From: Zygnema circumcarinatum SAG 698-1b
Lineage: Eukaryota; Plantae; Zygnematophyceae
Reading direction: 5' to 3'
Assembly: GCA_037447605.1 (NCBI GenBank)
Contig: CM074815.1
Location: forward strand, 1,054,001 to 1,118,000
DNA length: 64,000 nucleotides
Below the pieces are notes generated by a model that was not told where the DNA came from, ran no database searches, and saw only the letters and a list, made by a program, of their open reading frames with translations. Of this stretch, positions 11,924 to 25,437 are shown piece after piece. Each line of letters opens with the position of its first letter. The stretch's first letter is position 1. The position numbers and the translations under genes are program-made.

Positions 11924-13847
11924 TCACTTTGTTCGGTGAGACGAAATGAACTCCTCTATCCGCGCCTTCAGCTCCGCATTCGGCTTCAGCATCTCCGGTG
12001 TGCAGTGGGCTCGGCTGAAAGGGTCTTTCTGGAAGTATCCACAAAAACGCCCACAAGACCGGAAGTTTGAATCTCATCTCTCTCTCGCCATCTCTCTCCT
12101 TCTCCTCCATACAGAGAGGATCTGAGGCTGCAAAAGGTGAGGGAGAAAGAGCCTCTTACTGGATCACTGAGAAGGTGCCTCAAAATAACTCCGCGGTCGA
12201 CTGTGTTGCCAGATGGCAGCACCACGGGGTCCCGCATTATAGTGCACTGAAAGAAAGCAGAGAAGTCAAACATCCACCAATGTGATACGTGAGACAAAAG
12301 AAAAAAATACAGAAAGAGAAGGGAACAAAACAGTGGAGCTGAGCAACCATTGAGGTCGACGAAGTTCACCACATGGAGAAAACCACAGGAATTACTCTCA
12401 CCTGAATTGGGTCCAAAAACTCATCCGGAATATCCCCCAGCTGCGACTCTATGTCCATGGCCTCCACGGCTGCCTCCTTGGCCCTCTCCCCGAGTCTTTC
12501 AAATTCGCGAATACTCTGCTCCTCCAGCAATCGATGTGTGCGTACGACACCAGCTGCTTCCGGAAACGCCTGCATTTAAAAGAAAGCCCTACGATGAGAA
12601 CACAAACCTGAAGGGAGAAAGAAATTGGCAACGAAAGACGAAAAAAAGGGAGAGGGGGGGAGGAGGAGAATTCATGCAAACAACACACAAAACACAATAT
12701 TCAAAGTGGAAATCACGGCCTTCAAGAGCAGTAAAAAAACGAAGAAAGAAGGAAGCGGACCTCCCCTCGATATGATCGTCCATCTGCTGAAATTGCTTTA
12801 GCAAAGTGCCCTTGCGAGTCTCCCCTCGCCAGATGCACATATATCTCCACTATCTGTTCACCCACACGAGAAGTCCCTGTGAGATGCTTATCGGGAAATG
12901 AAAGATAATCGCCACACTTCACCCTCATGCCTCATCAACCGAAAACCGTAAACTACGAGAAAAAGTCTCCCCTTCAGACATTCCAGATGTAGTTCAGCTC
13001 TAACGTTATGGCATGCGTAGCTGCATCCCTCGCCACTGTCTTGACATTATCACATTACAGCCGTTCATGGGCTACAGAACTTCACGCCAAGAGAATGTCA
13101 CTAGCCCATTCTTTTCCCTACCCGAGCCTCTTTCCTCCCTGACATTCATTGGAAGCCTCCTCACCTGTGAGAGAAGCTCCTTAGGCCTGAAGTCGTACTT
13201 TTCCGGATTCAAGACCCGAAGATCTTTGCGTTTGGGGCCAACTAACTGCAGTAGAAAGTAGTTCAGCATGCCTGCAATTCTCTCCACCTGCACCCTCCCA
13301 GATTCTTCTTATATGACCTGAAAATCATCGTGAATCCTAGAAACTGAAGCTGCAACGACGCTAGCACAGACTCAGGTATATAGCATTTCCCTGCAGATTA
13401 TTCAAGCCAAGGAAACGAAAGGGGACAAAGAAACCCAAACCCAAACCCTTTTAGAGTTCAGAGTCGTCGATAATCTGGTACGTTATGGACATTGAGTCTG
13501 AAATCTCTATGTCCAGCTGTCGCAAAAGTAAAACCAGCATACCATTTCTGGAAGCAAAAATGGCTCCACGATCTTATCAGTGGTGTACTGCAGCATGCGC
13601 ACATCTGCATTGGCGAGCTGCATGTCGTATTTAACAATCTGAATCCAAGAAACCCACCCTCGTTCCACGTGTTTGAAGTAAGAGGCAAAGTTCACTTCCG
13701 CAATTTGCTGAAGGGAATTAACCTTCTCTGTCAACGTCTACACTTTCCACAGCTCGTCTCGTAAAACTTGATGAAATGAACACAACGGTCGACTAGCCGA
13801 GTCTCGTTGCAGCTTCTCCTTTCAACCCAGAGCAACGATACTCTCTC

Positions 13848-13891
<44 letters not shown>

Positions 13892-16800
13892 TCTCTCTCG
13901 CTCTCTCTCTTGCTCTCTCTCTCTCTCGCTCTCTCTCACTCTCTCTCTCTTTCACAATTCCCTTCTTTTCTCTTTCAAAAGGGAGTCCTGTAAACGAGGA
14001 TATGTGAGCCGCTCACCGACTCGTCCCTTCTGAACTGCTCCTCCCTCGTGCGCCGCTCCTCCGCCGGCAGGCGAAGCCACTGCGCAGAGTCCGCCATAAG
14101 GGCCTCCTCCGTCCTCAGCTTCGGAATCTTCTCCAGACTGTCGTCGAGCAGGTAGATGCTGTCGTTTATTAGCAGACTCACGAATTTGAGGTAGAACCCT
14201 TGGACTTCCACTACTGCCATCTGCAAACCCTCAGAGGGTGGATTTCAGTCAGTGTTCGTGTCAATAAAGGACATGTGACAAAAGGGAAATCTGGGTTTTT
14301 CGAAGATTGTTGAAGGTGATGGCAGGGTGATCAGACAGGCGTTTGTATTTGTAGGTTGCGTGAAGCTACTGTTTTCTTTCATTCTTTACTTGGGCAAGAA
14401 GTGAAAGTGACAGGTTTCCGCACCCTTATCCAGGCAGCCTGGTGGCTAGGCACCCCCCAGAGATACTCCAGCAGTTCTGCTATACGGAAACGGATCGTGA
14501 ACTTCTCGTAAAACTGCAGAGCCCAAACCATGCCACTCATAAAACGCCAACAAAATCAAAATCGAATTCCCCTTACTGTCATACAAATACACAAAGGGAG
14601 AACGAGAGAGCGAGCGAGCGAACGAACGAAAGAGCCAGAGGGAGACAGAGAGAGACAGAGAGAGCACGAGAGAGAAAGGGAGAGGGAGAGCGAGAGAGAG
14701 AGCTCACAGCATTGTGACCCCCGGTGAATTCGATGTCGACATAGAGCTTCAAGAGGTTGGGTGTGAGGTGTGCCATAGCCAAGGGGTGTCCCTCGAACAG
14801 CGACGCCATCTGACTGGCAAGGACTGAATTTGCACTGCATCCTCCATGCCAGTAAGTCACTCAATAAAGAATCAGTATCCAGCTCTGAAACCCACTCAAA
14901 GGGCACTTGAAACAACCTTGTTTTCAAGGTGGGAAGAGGAGGGAGAGCAGAACAACCAGTGGCTGGGCATCCAATGTTGCAGGAGTTCCACCATTTTGGC
15001 TCGAAGGTATGGGTTCTTAATGTGAAGCGGACTTCCCATAAACATCACTATGAAGCTCATGAACTCATCCTGCATCCCCATCACCAGAAGAGCCTGCTGA
15101 GTGACGTTCCTCACCCCCTAAGAGTTTGAGACATTAACGATCTCATAAATCTACCCGTGGAAATGGAAATGAGTAGAGTCATCGTATAAGCTACAGTGCA
15201 GGGAGAAAAATCCTATTCTATTATTCAACGCTTTTCAGAGCAAGTGGTAAAATGTACCAGGCGGACCCCATCCAATGCATGGGGTGTTCTGCAGGCCATT
15301 AGGAGAGACTCAATCGCATCCTCCACAAAGTGTTCCGGCATGGCTGCAAACTCCATGGGGCAGGGTACGGGCACAGGGACTTGGAATCCGCCCACAAGGC
15401 GGACAAGCCAAAGCAGCATGAGCTGGTAGAAGTTCACTGCGAGCTGCAGGTAATCCACATCCTGCCACTCCAAGAATACTCTTCAGAGTGGTTGACTCAG
15501 AGATCAAAACAGTTTAGGACATAGATACTTGCATTTATTTATATAAGTACATGGAATGGTTTTTTTTAAAACCTTTTTTCTTTTACTTCTTTAGCTGTTA
15601 AAGCCCTGCATGGGAGGGATTGGATAGGAGGGAGGGGAGCTATAGAGATACTGGCAATACCTGGAGAGTAATCAAGTCCTCAGTACAAGAGTATAGCTAC
15701 AATTCAAGTTATGAAGCTGCATGTGCCTTGATTCAATGGTGAAGCTGTGTGCTGTGAGCTGCGTGTGGGGTGTATCATACCCAGCAAATGATGCCTTTTT
15801 TTGTCTTAGCAAATCTGATGCTACAAAAAAAATTACAACAAAATATGCCACAAAAAAAAGCCTGCATTTGACAATCTACACAATAACAATGTGGGACTAC
15901 ACTACTTTCCACCATGCATCACCCCAAACGGCTCAAACACACTCGAAGCCGTTCAGAAACCCTTTCGGCTATAGAAGAATTAGAAAACCTACCCTTAACG
16001 CTGATTCAAAGCACAATCGAACCTCCTTCATTTGGTCAAGCTCAACCTTCTTTCTCGCTATCTCCTCTTCCAACTCTGGAGGGGCCCCCGGCCCTCGCAG
16101 ACGTTCCAATGCAGCTATTGCCTCCTGATCGTCACGACCATATCTCTGCTCGCCCCTTCAACCGGAGAGGCAGCCTGTTAGCCAAGAACTGCTGCTGTAT
16201 AGCCAGATTCTTAGCCAAGACTGTTCTCCCCTCTGACTTGAGCAGCAAATCTTACCGTGACTATGGTGTGCAGATCATGGTATACTTTCAGGAGGCCCAA
16301 GTTGAGAGCCCGAGCCGTCATAAAGAAGCATTTGCAAATGAAGTGGTAGTTTTCAGGAGATTTTGCCGGGGATGCTGGAAAGGGCGAGGACGATGAACCC
16401 GCAGAGGAAGATGAAGGAACACTTGAAGGGGATGGACCGAAGGGATTGGCTGCAGCGGGAGAGGATGAGTGCTCACGCAGTCTGAGCTCCTCCTGCTCTC
16501 TGTGTGCTTGCGTTTGGGTGAAGGTCTGCTGCCGAGCCAAATTGCGTTTATCGACCCACGAAGCAATCTCTTCTGAAGTGGCATAGAGGGCGGTTAACTG
16601 ACTGCAATACCAGAGTTTTTCGCGTGAGCTTAAAGGAATGTATCCCAACAAGGAAACAACCTGGAGGTTCCTTAAAATCCGTTTGACATAGTCATTACAA
16701 AACACTATCCTCTGAATTACGCTTTGTTTGTTGCAAAAAAGACTAATTACAATAAGTGCGTGAGTCTTGTTCTAAAACTCATTGCGAAAACAACATTTGT

Positions 16801-19747
16801 CTTTTCACATCAGATAACGGCACTCTCACGGAGTAGTGGTTTGCGGTAAAGTGACTTGGGCTGAATAATTCTAGCAGATTACCCTTCCTGTACCGCCATG
16901 CTATTCAGATTGACCACACTTTTTGCAGCTTATAACCATATTCAAATTACGTCACTCCTCTTAAGCAAGAATACCTGAAGTCCAAGGGACCGCCTTTGTT
17001 CAGCACATAAGTGGGATCGATCTTGTCCAGTTTGTTGGAAGAGGGATCCAAGAATGGAGCACACAACTTCAGCATAATGACACTAAGGTTGAAGAAGCAA
17101 CCGTTACTAGCCATCCGCATGTGGTCCATCTGCAATCACAGCAGATTCCCATGATCAGCTCGAAAAGCCACTTTAAGGGTAATACCCGCACTCTACAACC
17201 GTTAACCACAACTCATCTGAACTGCCATCATACACCACTTCGAACCAAACGGATGCCTAGATATACTAGAAGTCAACATTTTGGACCTCCTTGTGCAGTT
17301 AACAACGAGATAGGCAGGCCTCTGTATTGTTCATGCCTGCATTTGGCTTCGACCGGAATTGAGGCTTATAAGTGAGGCCAGATACTGTAGAGCAGCTTCG
17401 CGTGTGTCAGCCTGACGCAGAAGAATTTGCAAAATTTCGTGCAGACCATCCCACAGTTGATGTGACATTGACCGCAGAGTGGCGAAGGAGGAGTTGATGT
17501 CAGCAGGGCGACGTTCAAAGGGTTTGGAAAAGCATTGCTGTCTGCACAAACAACAGGCAGAAAGGCTGTGATGACAAAGAGCAGAAACATACTCTTCCAA
17601 ATTGAACCGACGGGGTGCCGTATGTCGACTTCACTCGACTAACTTACACCATGCTCTGTAACTAGGCTAGGCTTTATTCAGCGTACCTGATGTTGGGTTC
17701 TCCGTTGCCAAAAACTGGGTCTGGGATTTGACTAATATGTAGGAACGGCCCAAGCAAACTGGATGTTTCGAGTTGACGACCCGAAGTCACGGAAGGATTC
17801 CATTTTGGATGCTTCACTAAGATGCGAGCGAGGGCAGGATACTTCACGAGTTGAGCCAACGAACGGAGATACGGCTGGAAGCTTCCCAGCAGCGACATAT
17901 GTTTGACCTTGCTGCACAACTCCTGCACCTCCTACCCCTCCGGCAGCAGCCGTTAGCCTGCTCTTCTCCTGAAATTCACCAAGCTCAATGTGCTTCCTTT
18001 ATCTAAATTTATCTTATCTTCCTTTGTTTATTAGTCACCTAAAGGCCCAAATGTCCATGGATCTAAGCCCAGAAACTAAAACTAAGTCAAGGTCATTTAA
18101 TGCACATAACACATTCGCTGCAGAAATAGGGAAATGCTATCGGGGTTAATCTATTTGGAAGCAGCCTTTATGAGAGACAAGTTTCCCATGGACATAGAAC
18201 TAAAGTCCTAAACGCCTAAAACCCTAAAGCCCTTAAACCCTCAAATTCGCTGTTCTGGTTTGCCGAATGCTTGTTCATGCGAGACACTGAATTGCAAATT
18301 TGGAATTGATACTCTACGGTTGGCTCACAATTACTTTACCCTCTCACCAGTACTAAACCACACTATGTTTTGCATGTGAGTTAAGCGACTAGGATAACAC
18401 TAACCCATCTCTATGCTTCGTTTCAGGACTGATCATGAACCAACAGTCTTGTTGGAATGGTTAGGAACCTGGATGCTAAGTAAGATGCTCAGACGGAAAT
18501 ACATTGTAGGAATTCCATGCATTGGGCCGACAGAAGGTAGAATGCATTGCATCACCACCAATACAAATAATTTAGAAGAGCTAGTTCAGAAGGGCTTACA
18601 GCAAACAGAGGCCAAAAAATTTCCTCTAAGCCTTCGCCTTCAAAGCGTGACACCATATCGTCCATGAAGCCGGAGGGCAGCGACTGTGCAGAAGAGCTGC
18701 TCGAGCTGCCTAGAGCCAAACCAGGCTCAAACGACGGTGCACCGACAGAAAGGGAACAAAACTGTGATACAAGTGAGGTTGCATTCGAGTTCACAGGAGG
18801 CTGTGGGAACATATCAGCATACTGCAGCATCAGGCCTGCATACGATACGATCAATTGCTTCGCACGCTGCATCCAAAAGACGGGGGCAAAGGCCACAATT
18901 GCACAAGTTGTTATGTCAGACGGTTGCTGAACTTCAGCAACTTCTCATGTGGAATTGCTTTGACTCGTGCTGCACGACTGAAGGAAGGAAACTGAGATTT
19001 CCACCACCGACAGACATGGCGAAGTGTTTCTGAGCAGCAGCATTGTGAAGAGAAGATAGCTTTATTAAACCACACAGTCTTGTATGATATTCTTCTTTAC
19101 AGGTAAACCTCCCGATGCACGGGAAACATCTACAAACGTAAGCTCGGACGGAGCAATCATTAAATTTTCCAATTCCCTGCTTTAGAGTTATTATCAAGTG
19201 CTCTAAACTAGAAAGCAGGATATCTACAGATTCGTCTCATCGTCTGCTAGTGCTTCTTCTACCTCTTGTCATATCAAAATCAAAAGTAATGATACGATAC
19301 CATGAAAGACAAGTTTGATCATCTCCCAGCTATCAAAAATGACTCAGAAAGTTTCTAGGCAAAACACTAACTTTGAATGGCTGAACTTACCTGGAGCGCG
19401 GCCGATATGCTTATTCTCTTGTTGTCATCTTTAATGCCTGAGACTTTACGCTGCTCCTCTAGCGCCCTTCGATACGAGTTTATCAGATAGATTAAGGGAG
19501 GGTCTGGACATGGATAAAGCGTAGAGAGCCTGTCCATAATGGCACGCTCCAAAACCTCTGCAGAGAGGCGCATAGGCTTGCTCTCACTAAGAAGCTCAGC
19601 AGCCAACTGCTCCAAATACACAATCACAGTAGGAGCGGAGTCAGGAGGGGGTGCAATTGTTACTTGCAGCACCTTCTTCAAAATTTCATCTTCTACCTCT
19701 TCTATACTGCGTGGCCCTTTTGGAGCAGCCGTCTTGACAGTCGCCAT
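11924..19747 (-). CDS. UFD2: Ubiquitin conjugation factor E4 (UFD2/UBE4, U-box), about 16 exons
   Basis: N-terminus [15 protein letters not shown]...[13 protein letters not shown]; core [83 protein letters not shown]; U-box [23 protein letters not shown]...[16 protein letters not shown]; stop TGA at 11924-11926. Confidence 0.93.
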
Positions 19748-20246
19748 GCTATCTTCTATCCTTCCTCAAATTCCAAGGGTCTCTCCTTCTTAGATTGGGC
19801 AGACCATCAACTATCTCTTGCAAGTCTCTGGCCCGCGACTCCCTTCAGTCACTGACTTATTCTTCTTGCATGCTTGGTTAAAGCAGCAGCAGCAGCAGCA
19901 TGTGTCCAATCAAGCAAATTGTGCAGGCGACTCCCCTCCGCTTTCAGCTTTCCAACGTCTCCTGAGGACCTTTTACAGCTGTAATAACAAGCAGGCGACT
20001 CGCGAAAACCGGAGCAGGCGTCTCTTGGAGATTCCGCTTGAACCAAAAAGCGAAGGCAACCTCCGCCTTGAAAGGAGGAAACGGCGCTGCAGGCCTGCAG
20101 GACGGGTTCCATACAAGCGATGAAATATCGGCAGAAATAGGGCGAAGGCAGGTGACAGTGGGAAGCAAGCGTGTTAGTGCCCTTTGGAAGGGGCCCTCAT
20201 CTTAGTTCCTCCTTCCAAGAAGGCTTTTGTCCAGGTTCAGAAAAAC

Positions 20247-23200
20247 ATGGCTGGTGTGTGCCTGCTTCCAAAGATCTCTACAGCGATATATTCTCCAACA
20301 CAATACGCATCTGGGCTTCATTCAGCAGAGAAATGTGCTGGGTTCGCAAAGGTTCGCCGGTCTTGGAATGCTGCCTCTCTCGTACAATGTCAAGGATGTC
20401 GGAATGTGAGCTTGAGAGGCTTAAATCCTGGGATAAAATGCTCTGCCAGTTTGGCTACAGAACAGGCACAATCCCATCCAGAGTCTACAGAATCCCGGCT
20501 TGATGCCTTCTGGGCGTGGTTCCTTGAAAAGGGAAAGCAGAACTCTAGCAAGATTCCGGTCAGACCGGGGAAAGTGCCCGAAGGCTTGGGTTTAATAGCT
20601 GAAAAATACATAGGATCAGGAGATGAAATTTTTGCCGTGCCGGAGTCCCTGTGCGTCAGCAAAGAGACTGTGCAATCCTCTGAAGTGGGAAAATATACGG
20701 CTGAGCTGAAGCCATGGATAGCAGTCGCCTTGTTCCTTATATACGAAAGAAGCAATCCTCGCTCGGATTGGAAGCCTTACTTGAATATCTTGCCGACAAA
20801 CTTGGATTTACCACTTTTTTGGTGAGAAAACCTGTGGGGGAATCTCTGATTTAACTTTGGATGGATAGATATAGAGTTGGTAAAGAAACTCTGGAATAAT
20901 AGAAGGCTGGACTAAAATTTTGTTGTGAGAAATTTGCCGTATCTTCAAGGCGGAAAAAAAGTGTTGAAATGCTGAAGTTTAGGTAATGATGGACTAGGGG
21001 ATGTGAATGGGAGCTCTTTTGCAGGACAGAGACGGAGCTCACAGAAATTCAAGGCATGGTTTCTTCTGCTCGATAGGAGGCCTCGATGCACTGTATGATT
21101 TGGTTGCTTGTTGTCTTCTAATCAAGGTTACCAAGAGATGACTTTGTATTGATTGGTTCACAAAGAAGCTGAGATTAGCAAGGACTGGTCTGGAATAACG
21201 AAGAGGTCTCAAATGGTGTAATTGGTGTCCTCATTAATACCACTGTTCAAATTTCCCATTTGTCAACAATCTAGAGCGTTTGTTTCTGCATTGGCAAGAG
21301 CCAGCCGTTGTCTGAATGGACACGTGCATATGTGACTACTTATGCATGTTGCACTAAGGGCAAAGTAAAGTAATAGTTTTCAGCGCACCTGCTGGAAAGT
21401 AACGCCCCCTTGTGAACCCTCTGATTTAAAATGAATAACTGTGTAACCGACACTTTCGTTTGAAGACGTTGTTGTTTCTTAATGAGACTTGACATTTAGA
21501 TGGTTCCATGCGAATTGCGCAACGTAATAGGTCATGCCACGTTGGCATGTGCGACTCTTTCTTTGCTGTTGGCAGGAAAGGTGTATTGATTGCGTTCTTT
21601 CAGTCAGGATGTCATAGAATGTCAGTGAATGTTCGTGTCTGTCCTGAAGGGAATGAGGGGGCTGATGCCAGGCACGCAGCTTCTCGCATCCGTTGAGAGC
21701 TACAAGGAGTATTTAGACACTGAATTCGCTCAGCTTCAGGAGAATGTACTGGGCCCAAATGCAGCAGTGTTTTCGCCAGAGTTTTTTACTCGTGAGGCAT
21801 TCTTCTGGGCGTTTGGGATTCTCCGTTCACGCACGTTCCCTCCGGTTACTGGAGAAGACATCGCTCTTGTTCCACTTGCTGACCTTGTAAGTTGCTTGCC
21901 TTGTCAGATAGCATGTGGCTCTGACTTGTGGGTATAAATTTACAAAGCACTACCGGTCTCGTTTTTCTGGAAGCTTGCATGAGTACCCCTTCAGTTGGGT
22001 CGAGAAAGCCGCATTTTGTCAAAGTGGACTTAAGTAGCTATCTTGTAAAGAAATTATAGGAATACGCAGACATTGACACCCAGTAGCTTCCTCCTGCACA
22101 TGAACAGTCAGCTACCTCAAAAAACGGTTCCTTGTAAACTAGTGGATAGTGGAAGCGTGTGTTTGACCCGAGTCTACCTCTAAGCGGGCTTGGCTTGCAG
22201 TTGAATCATGGAGTAGGAGGTTCTGCCCCTGCAAAAATTTGTTGGGAGAAACGCGAAGCAAGTCTTTTCGACCGACAGAGGGTTGTTGCAATGAAATCTG
22301 GTCGTACCTACTCTGCAGGAGAACAGGTATCTCTCCGACATTCATGCGCAAAAGACAAATCAGCTGCTTCTTTGCTTCTTGGGTTCGTCCTGGTGGCTAG
22401 TGGTGATAGGAGTAGGCATGTGACAGCAGACCTCTAGTCTAAAAATGTGTCGAAATTTTTGTATATTGGTTTCTGGGAGTCTTGTCCTTGTTTGCGGCTG
22501 GGAAGGAGACAATTGCTGCGAGTTCTTTATTCTTTCACAAACATTGCTCTTTCTCGTATGGTCTTGTTCCATGACAATGGAGGGACTCATTCGGCTATAA
22601 TGCTATGAAAAAGCATAATGCTATGATGCTACTGATAATGCTATGATGGAGATGCAGGTAATTTTTGAATATGGTCGAGACAAAAGCAACGCCCAGCTGG
22701 CCCTAGACTTTGGCTTTGCGGAACGAGAAATGGTTGCAGGAACAGCTATAGGCCTTGGGAGTCGCAGTAGAGACACCTTCTCTTTGACTTTGGAAATTTC
22801 TGAAAATGATCGATTTTTTGATGATAAGGCAGACGTGGCAGAGTTAAACGGAATGGCCACTACGACCTACATTGACCTTTGCAGGGGAGAGGGTCCGCCT
22901 GAGAATATGCTCACGTTTCTTCGTCTGATTGCTTTAGGGGGAAGTGATTCTTTTCTTCTTGAGGTATGCTGCAGCAACCATGAACCTTATTCTGCTTGGC
23001 GAGTTGATGGCAAACATGGGAGCAGATGCTTCTTTTTAGATAAATTGCGACATTTCGTTGAAGTGTGAATGCGGAGCGTTGCCTCACCTTATCAAGTGTT
23101 CAATTATTAAAGGAGAATGCAGCTTACTATCCCTCACAGATCATCATGCTAAAACCATTGAATCATTGGAGATGCCTTTTGGGCGAGTCATGAAGGTGTT

Positions 23201-24125
23201 CATAAAGATTCGAGGATACGTAAACTGAACTTAGGTTTCTTTGTTCCTAAGGAGAAGCGATTTGTTGGGATTTGTTGCACGGCTTTTGGCAGGCACTCTT
23301 TCGCAATGCTGTATGGGGTCATTTGGGTCTTCCTGTGAGTAAGGAAAACGAGGAAGCCGTGTGTCAAGCGATGATCGATGGATGCCGGTCAACTCTAGCC
23401 GGATACAATACCTCCATTGACCAGGTTGGTCAATATTATATGAACCGAAAGGGTCGTCAGCATTCAGCGACAAATGCCAAAAGCAAAAAAAACGGAAGAA
23501 GTATGCCTAGCATGTGAAGTGATGCAGATGCACTTAGCAACAGGGCCAAGGACTGGTGGCTATGGTTTTTTGTGTTGTATGGGTTTTGCAGAGTGTAACA
23601 TATGGCTGCTTGCAATTGCAGGATCTGAGGTTGCTGAAAGATGGCGGCCTGAGCCGGAGGCAAGAAACTGCAGTGGTGGTCAGGGTGGGGGAAAAACGCA
23701 TTTTGGTGGAGCTCCTTGACTGGTTTGAAGCACGCCTTGGAGGGTTGGACAATCTTGAATATTATGCGGAGCGAAGGTTACGGGACTTGGGCCTGTTGGA
23801 TGACAAAGGGGACATGACCCCTTGGGTGAGCACAATCACGTCTAACTCTGAACATGGATAAGCTTAAGGCAATCAATAGACAATTTCCATGTAGGTTTGA
23901 GAGCAGCAGGGAGAGTGCCTGTCTTAGAATCTGAGAAACGTTTGCAGACAAGCCAGTTAGCATTGTGTTTGATTTCGGTTTTTCTGACTTAGAGGGATCC
24001 GCTTCCCTTGTTGGTACGTTCAAATGTAGAGTTCTGTGATTGCTCTACTAGTAGCTCATCGCTGCATAGCTGCTTTTTGATTCTTACCTCACGGTTTGTG
24101 CTGCTTGCAGGTGTTCAACGAATAA
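20247..24125 (+). CDS. LSMT: Rubisco LSMT-like chloroplast SET-domain lysine methyltransferase
   Basis: Transit-peptide-like N-terminus, then GLGLIA, PWIAVALFLIYE...WKPYLNILP...PLFW, GTQLL, AFFWAFGILRSRTF...LVPLADL-LNH, YGRDKSNAQLALDFGF, ALFRNAVWGHLGLPVSKENEE, EYYAERRLRDLGL. Confidence 0.9.
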
Positions 24126-24740
24126 TTCCACACTGGATTAAGTCTCCTTTATCAGCATGAGAGCAGTGCTCAACTTATTTACTTGGCTTGGACCCGTCAG
24201 TCAGATCAACTTTTGTCAATGGACGTATCTTAAGTTGAAGGGCCGTCTTGTGCGAGACTCATCACTTGAAGATGAGATGTTTCCTATCGCAATAGTGAAA
24301 GGAATCCCTTTGCATGGATGAGGTCATGCATGAGTCATGTATGGCGGGCATGTGGCACGTGCGAATGGGACATCATTCGAGTGTTCAACGCGGTTTCACA
24401 ACTACACTTTTCATGGACGGACATAAAGTTTCCATACGCGAACAATATTTGACATAAGACTCTTGAGTGAAACATGCAAGCAAAGAGTTTCAAGTGACAA
24501 AAACCTGTTATGGCCTATCGGCGATCGCTTTCAAGGAAGGGGGTATGAGCTTTATTTCCGCAGTAAGCGACCACGCGCACAGCCCACACACCCTCCCTCG
24601 CTGTGGACCGCGTCCGTCGCCGCTTGTGTGGGGCTCTGGACGCGTCGGTGGCGGGGGTCAGCAGGCAGGGGTCTTTTCGGGTTAGCATTGTTTGAAGTTT
24701 ACATTTGGAAAAAAAACATTAACATCCCTCACCTCGCCTT

Positions 24741-24857
24741 GGTGCGATCATACCTAGGCTACTACGCCGGATCCCATCAGAACTCCGGAACTCAGCGCCT
24801 GTGGGCCGAAATAGTACTGGGATGGGTGACCTCCCGGGAAGTCCCGGTGTCGCACCC
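24741..24857 (+). rRNA. 5S rRNA-derived copy A, near full length (gene or pseudogene)
   Basis: GGTGCGATCATACC...CCGGATCCCATCAGAACTCCG...AGTACTGGGATGGGTGACCTCCCGGGAAGTCCCGGTGTCGCACCC. Helix I (GGTGCGA/TCGCACC) can pair. A TTTT tract follows at about +8. Confidence 0.88.
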
Positions 24858-24924
24858 ATCAACCTTTTGCTGTTCCACTTTCCAACCGCGATCGATCAAG
24901 AACCAAGGATCATTTTCCGCTCAG

Positions 24925-25380
24925 GAAAGTGACGTGGCGGCGCTTGAGTGGCCGCAGCACGTGCACGTCGTCGTCGTGGAACGCGGCCGCGAGGTGGGTT
25001 TGTCCTGAAGCGGTTTTTCTATCTGCCCGCAAAGTTGAGGCAGGACGGCAGGCGGCGGCGGTCGCGGCGGGCCAAGGTTCCACAGTTCGGACCAGTGGAT
25101 CGGCAACCATTGGACAACCATTGGATGGCAATGGTTGGACGTCTACTGGTTGGCAACCAGTCGAATGGTTGTTTCGGTCCGCAACCACTGGTTGGCAACC
25201 AGTCGACTGGTTTGGAACCAGTGGATGCCACTGGTTGGCAACCAGTCGAATGGTTGTTTCGGTCCGCAACCACCGGTTGCCAACAAGTCGACTGGTTTGT
25301 CTAATGGTCCGATCTGTGCAAGGTTCCGAAGGTCGGGAACCAATCAGCGCGCGCCCGCCCGCGATACTTCATGCCGATAC
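24925..25380 (-). repeat. Repeat module homologous to 48365-48575 / 49295-49503, interrupted by a CAACCA(C/G)TGGTTG-type palindromic array (about 25100-25300)
   Basis: Shared blocks GTCGTCGTGGAACG..CCGCGAG, TTGTCCTGAAGC.GTTTTT, TCTGCCCGCAAAGT and CCAATCAGCGC.CGCCC.CCCGCGATA.TTCA.GCC, in inverted orientation relative to 48-49 kb. Confidence 0.75.
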
Positions 25381-25437
25381 GGAGCCCGCGATACTTCATG
25401 CCGATACGGAGCCCGCGATACTTCATGCCGATACGGA
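25357..25437. repeat. 27-bp tandem repeat x3 (GCCCGCGATACTTCATGCCGATACGGA)
   Basis: Three perfect consecutive units. Confidence 0.95.

Noticed and set aside
24741-24857. SINE3 or Cassandra TRIM identity for the 5S copies
   Set aside because: TTTT terminators are retained directly after the 5S, and no 3' tail, TSD, paired LTRs, PBS or PPT were found. Not excluded genome-wide, but unsupported here.
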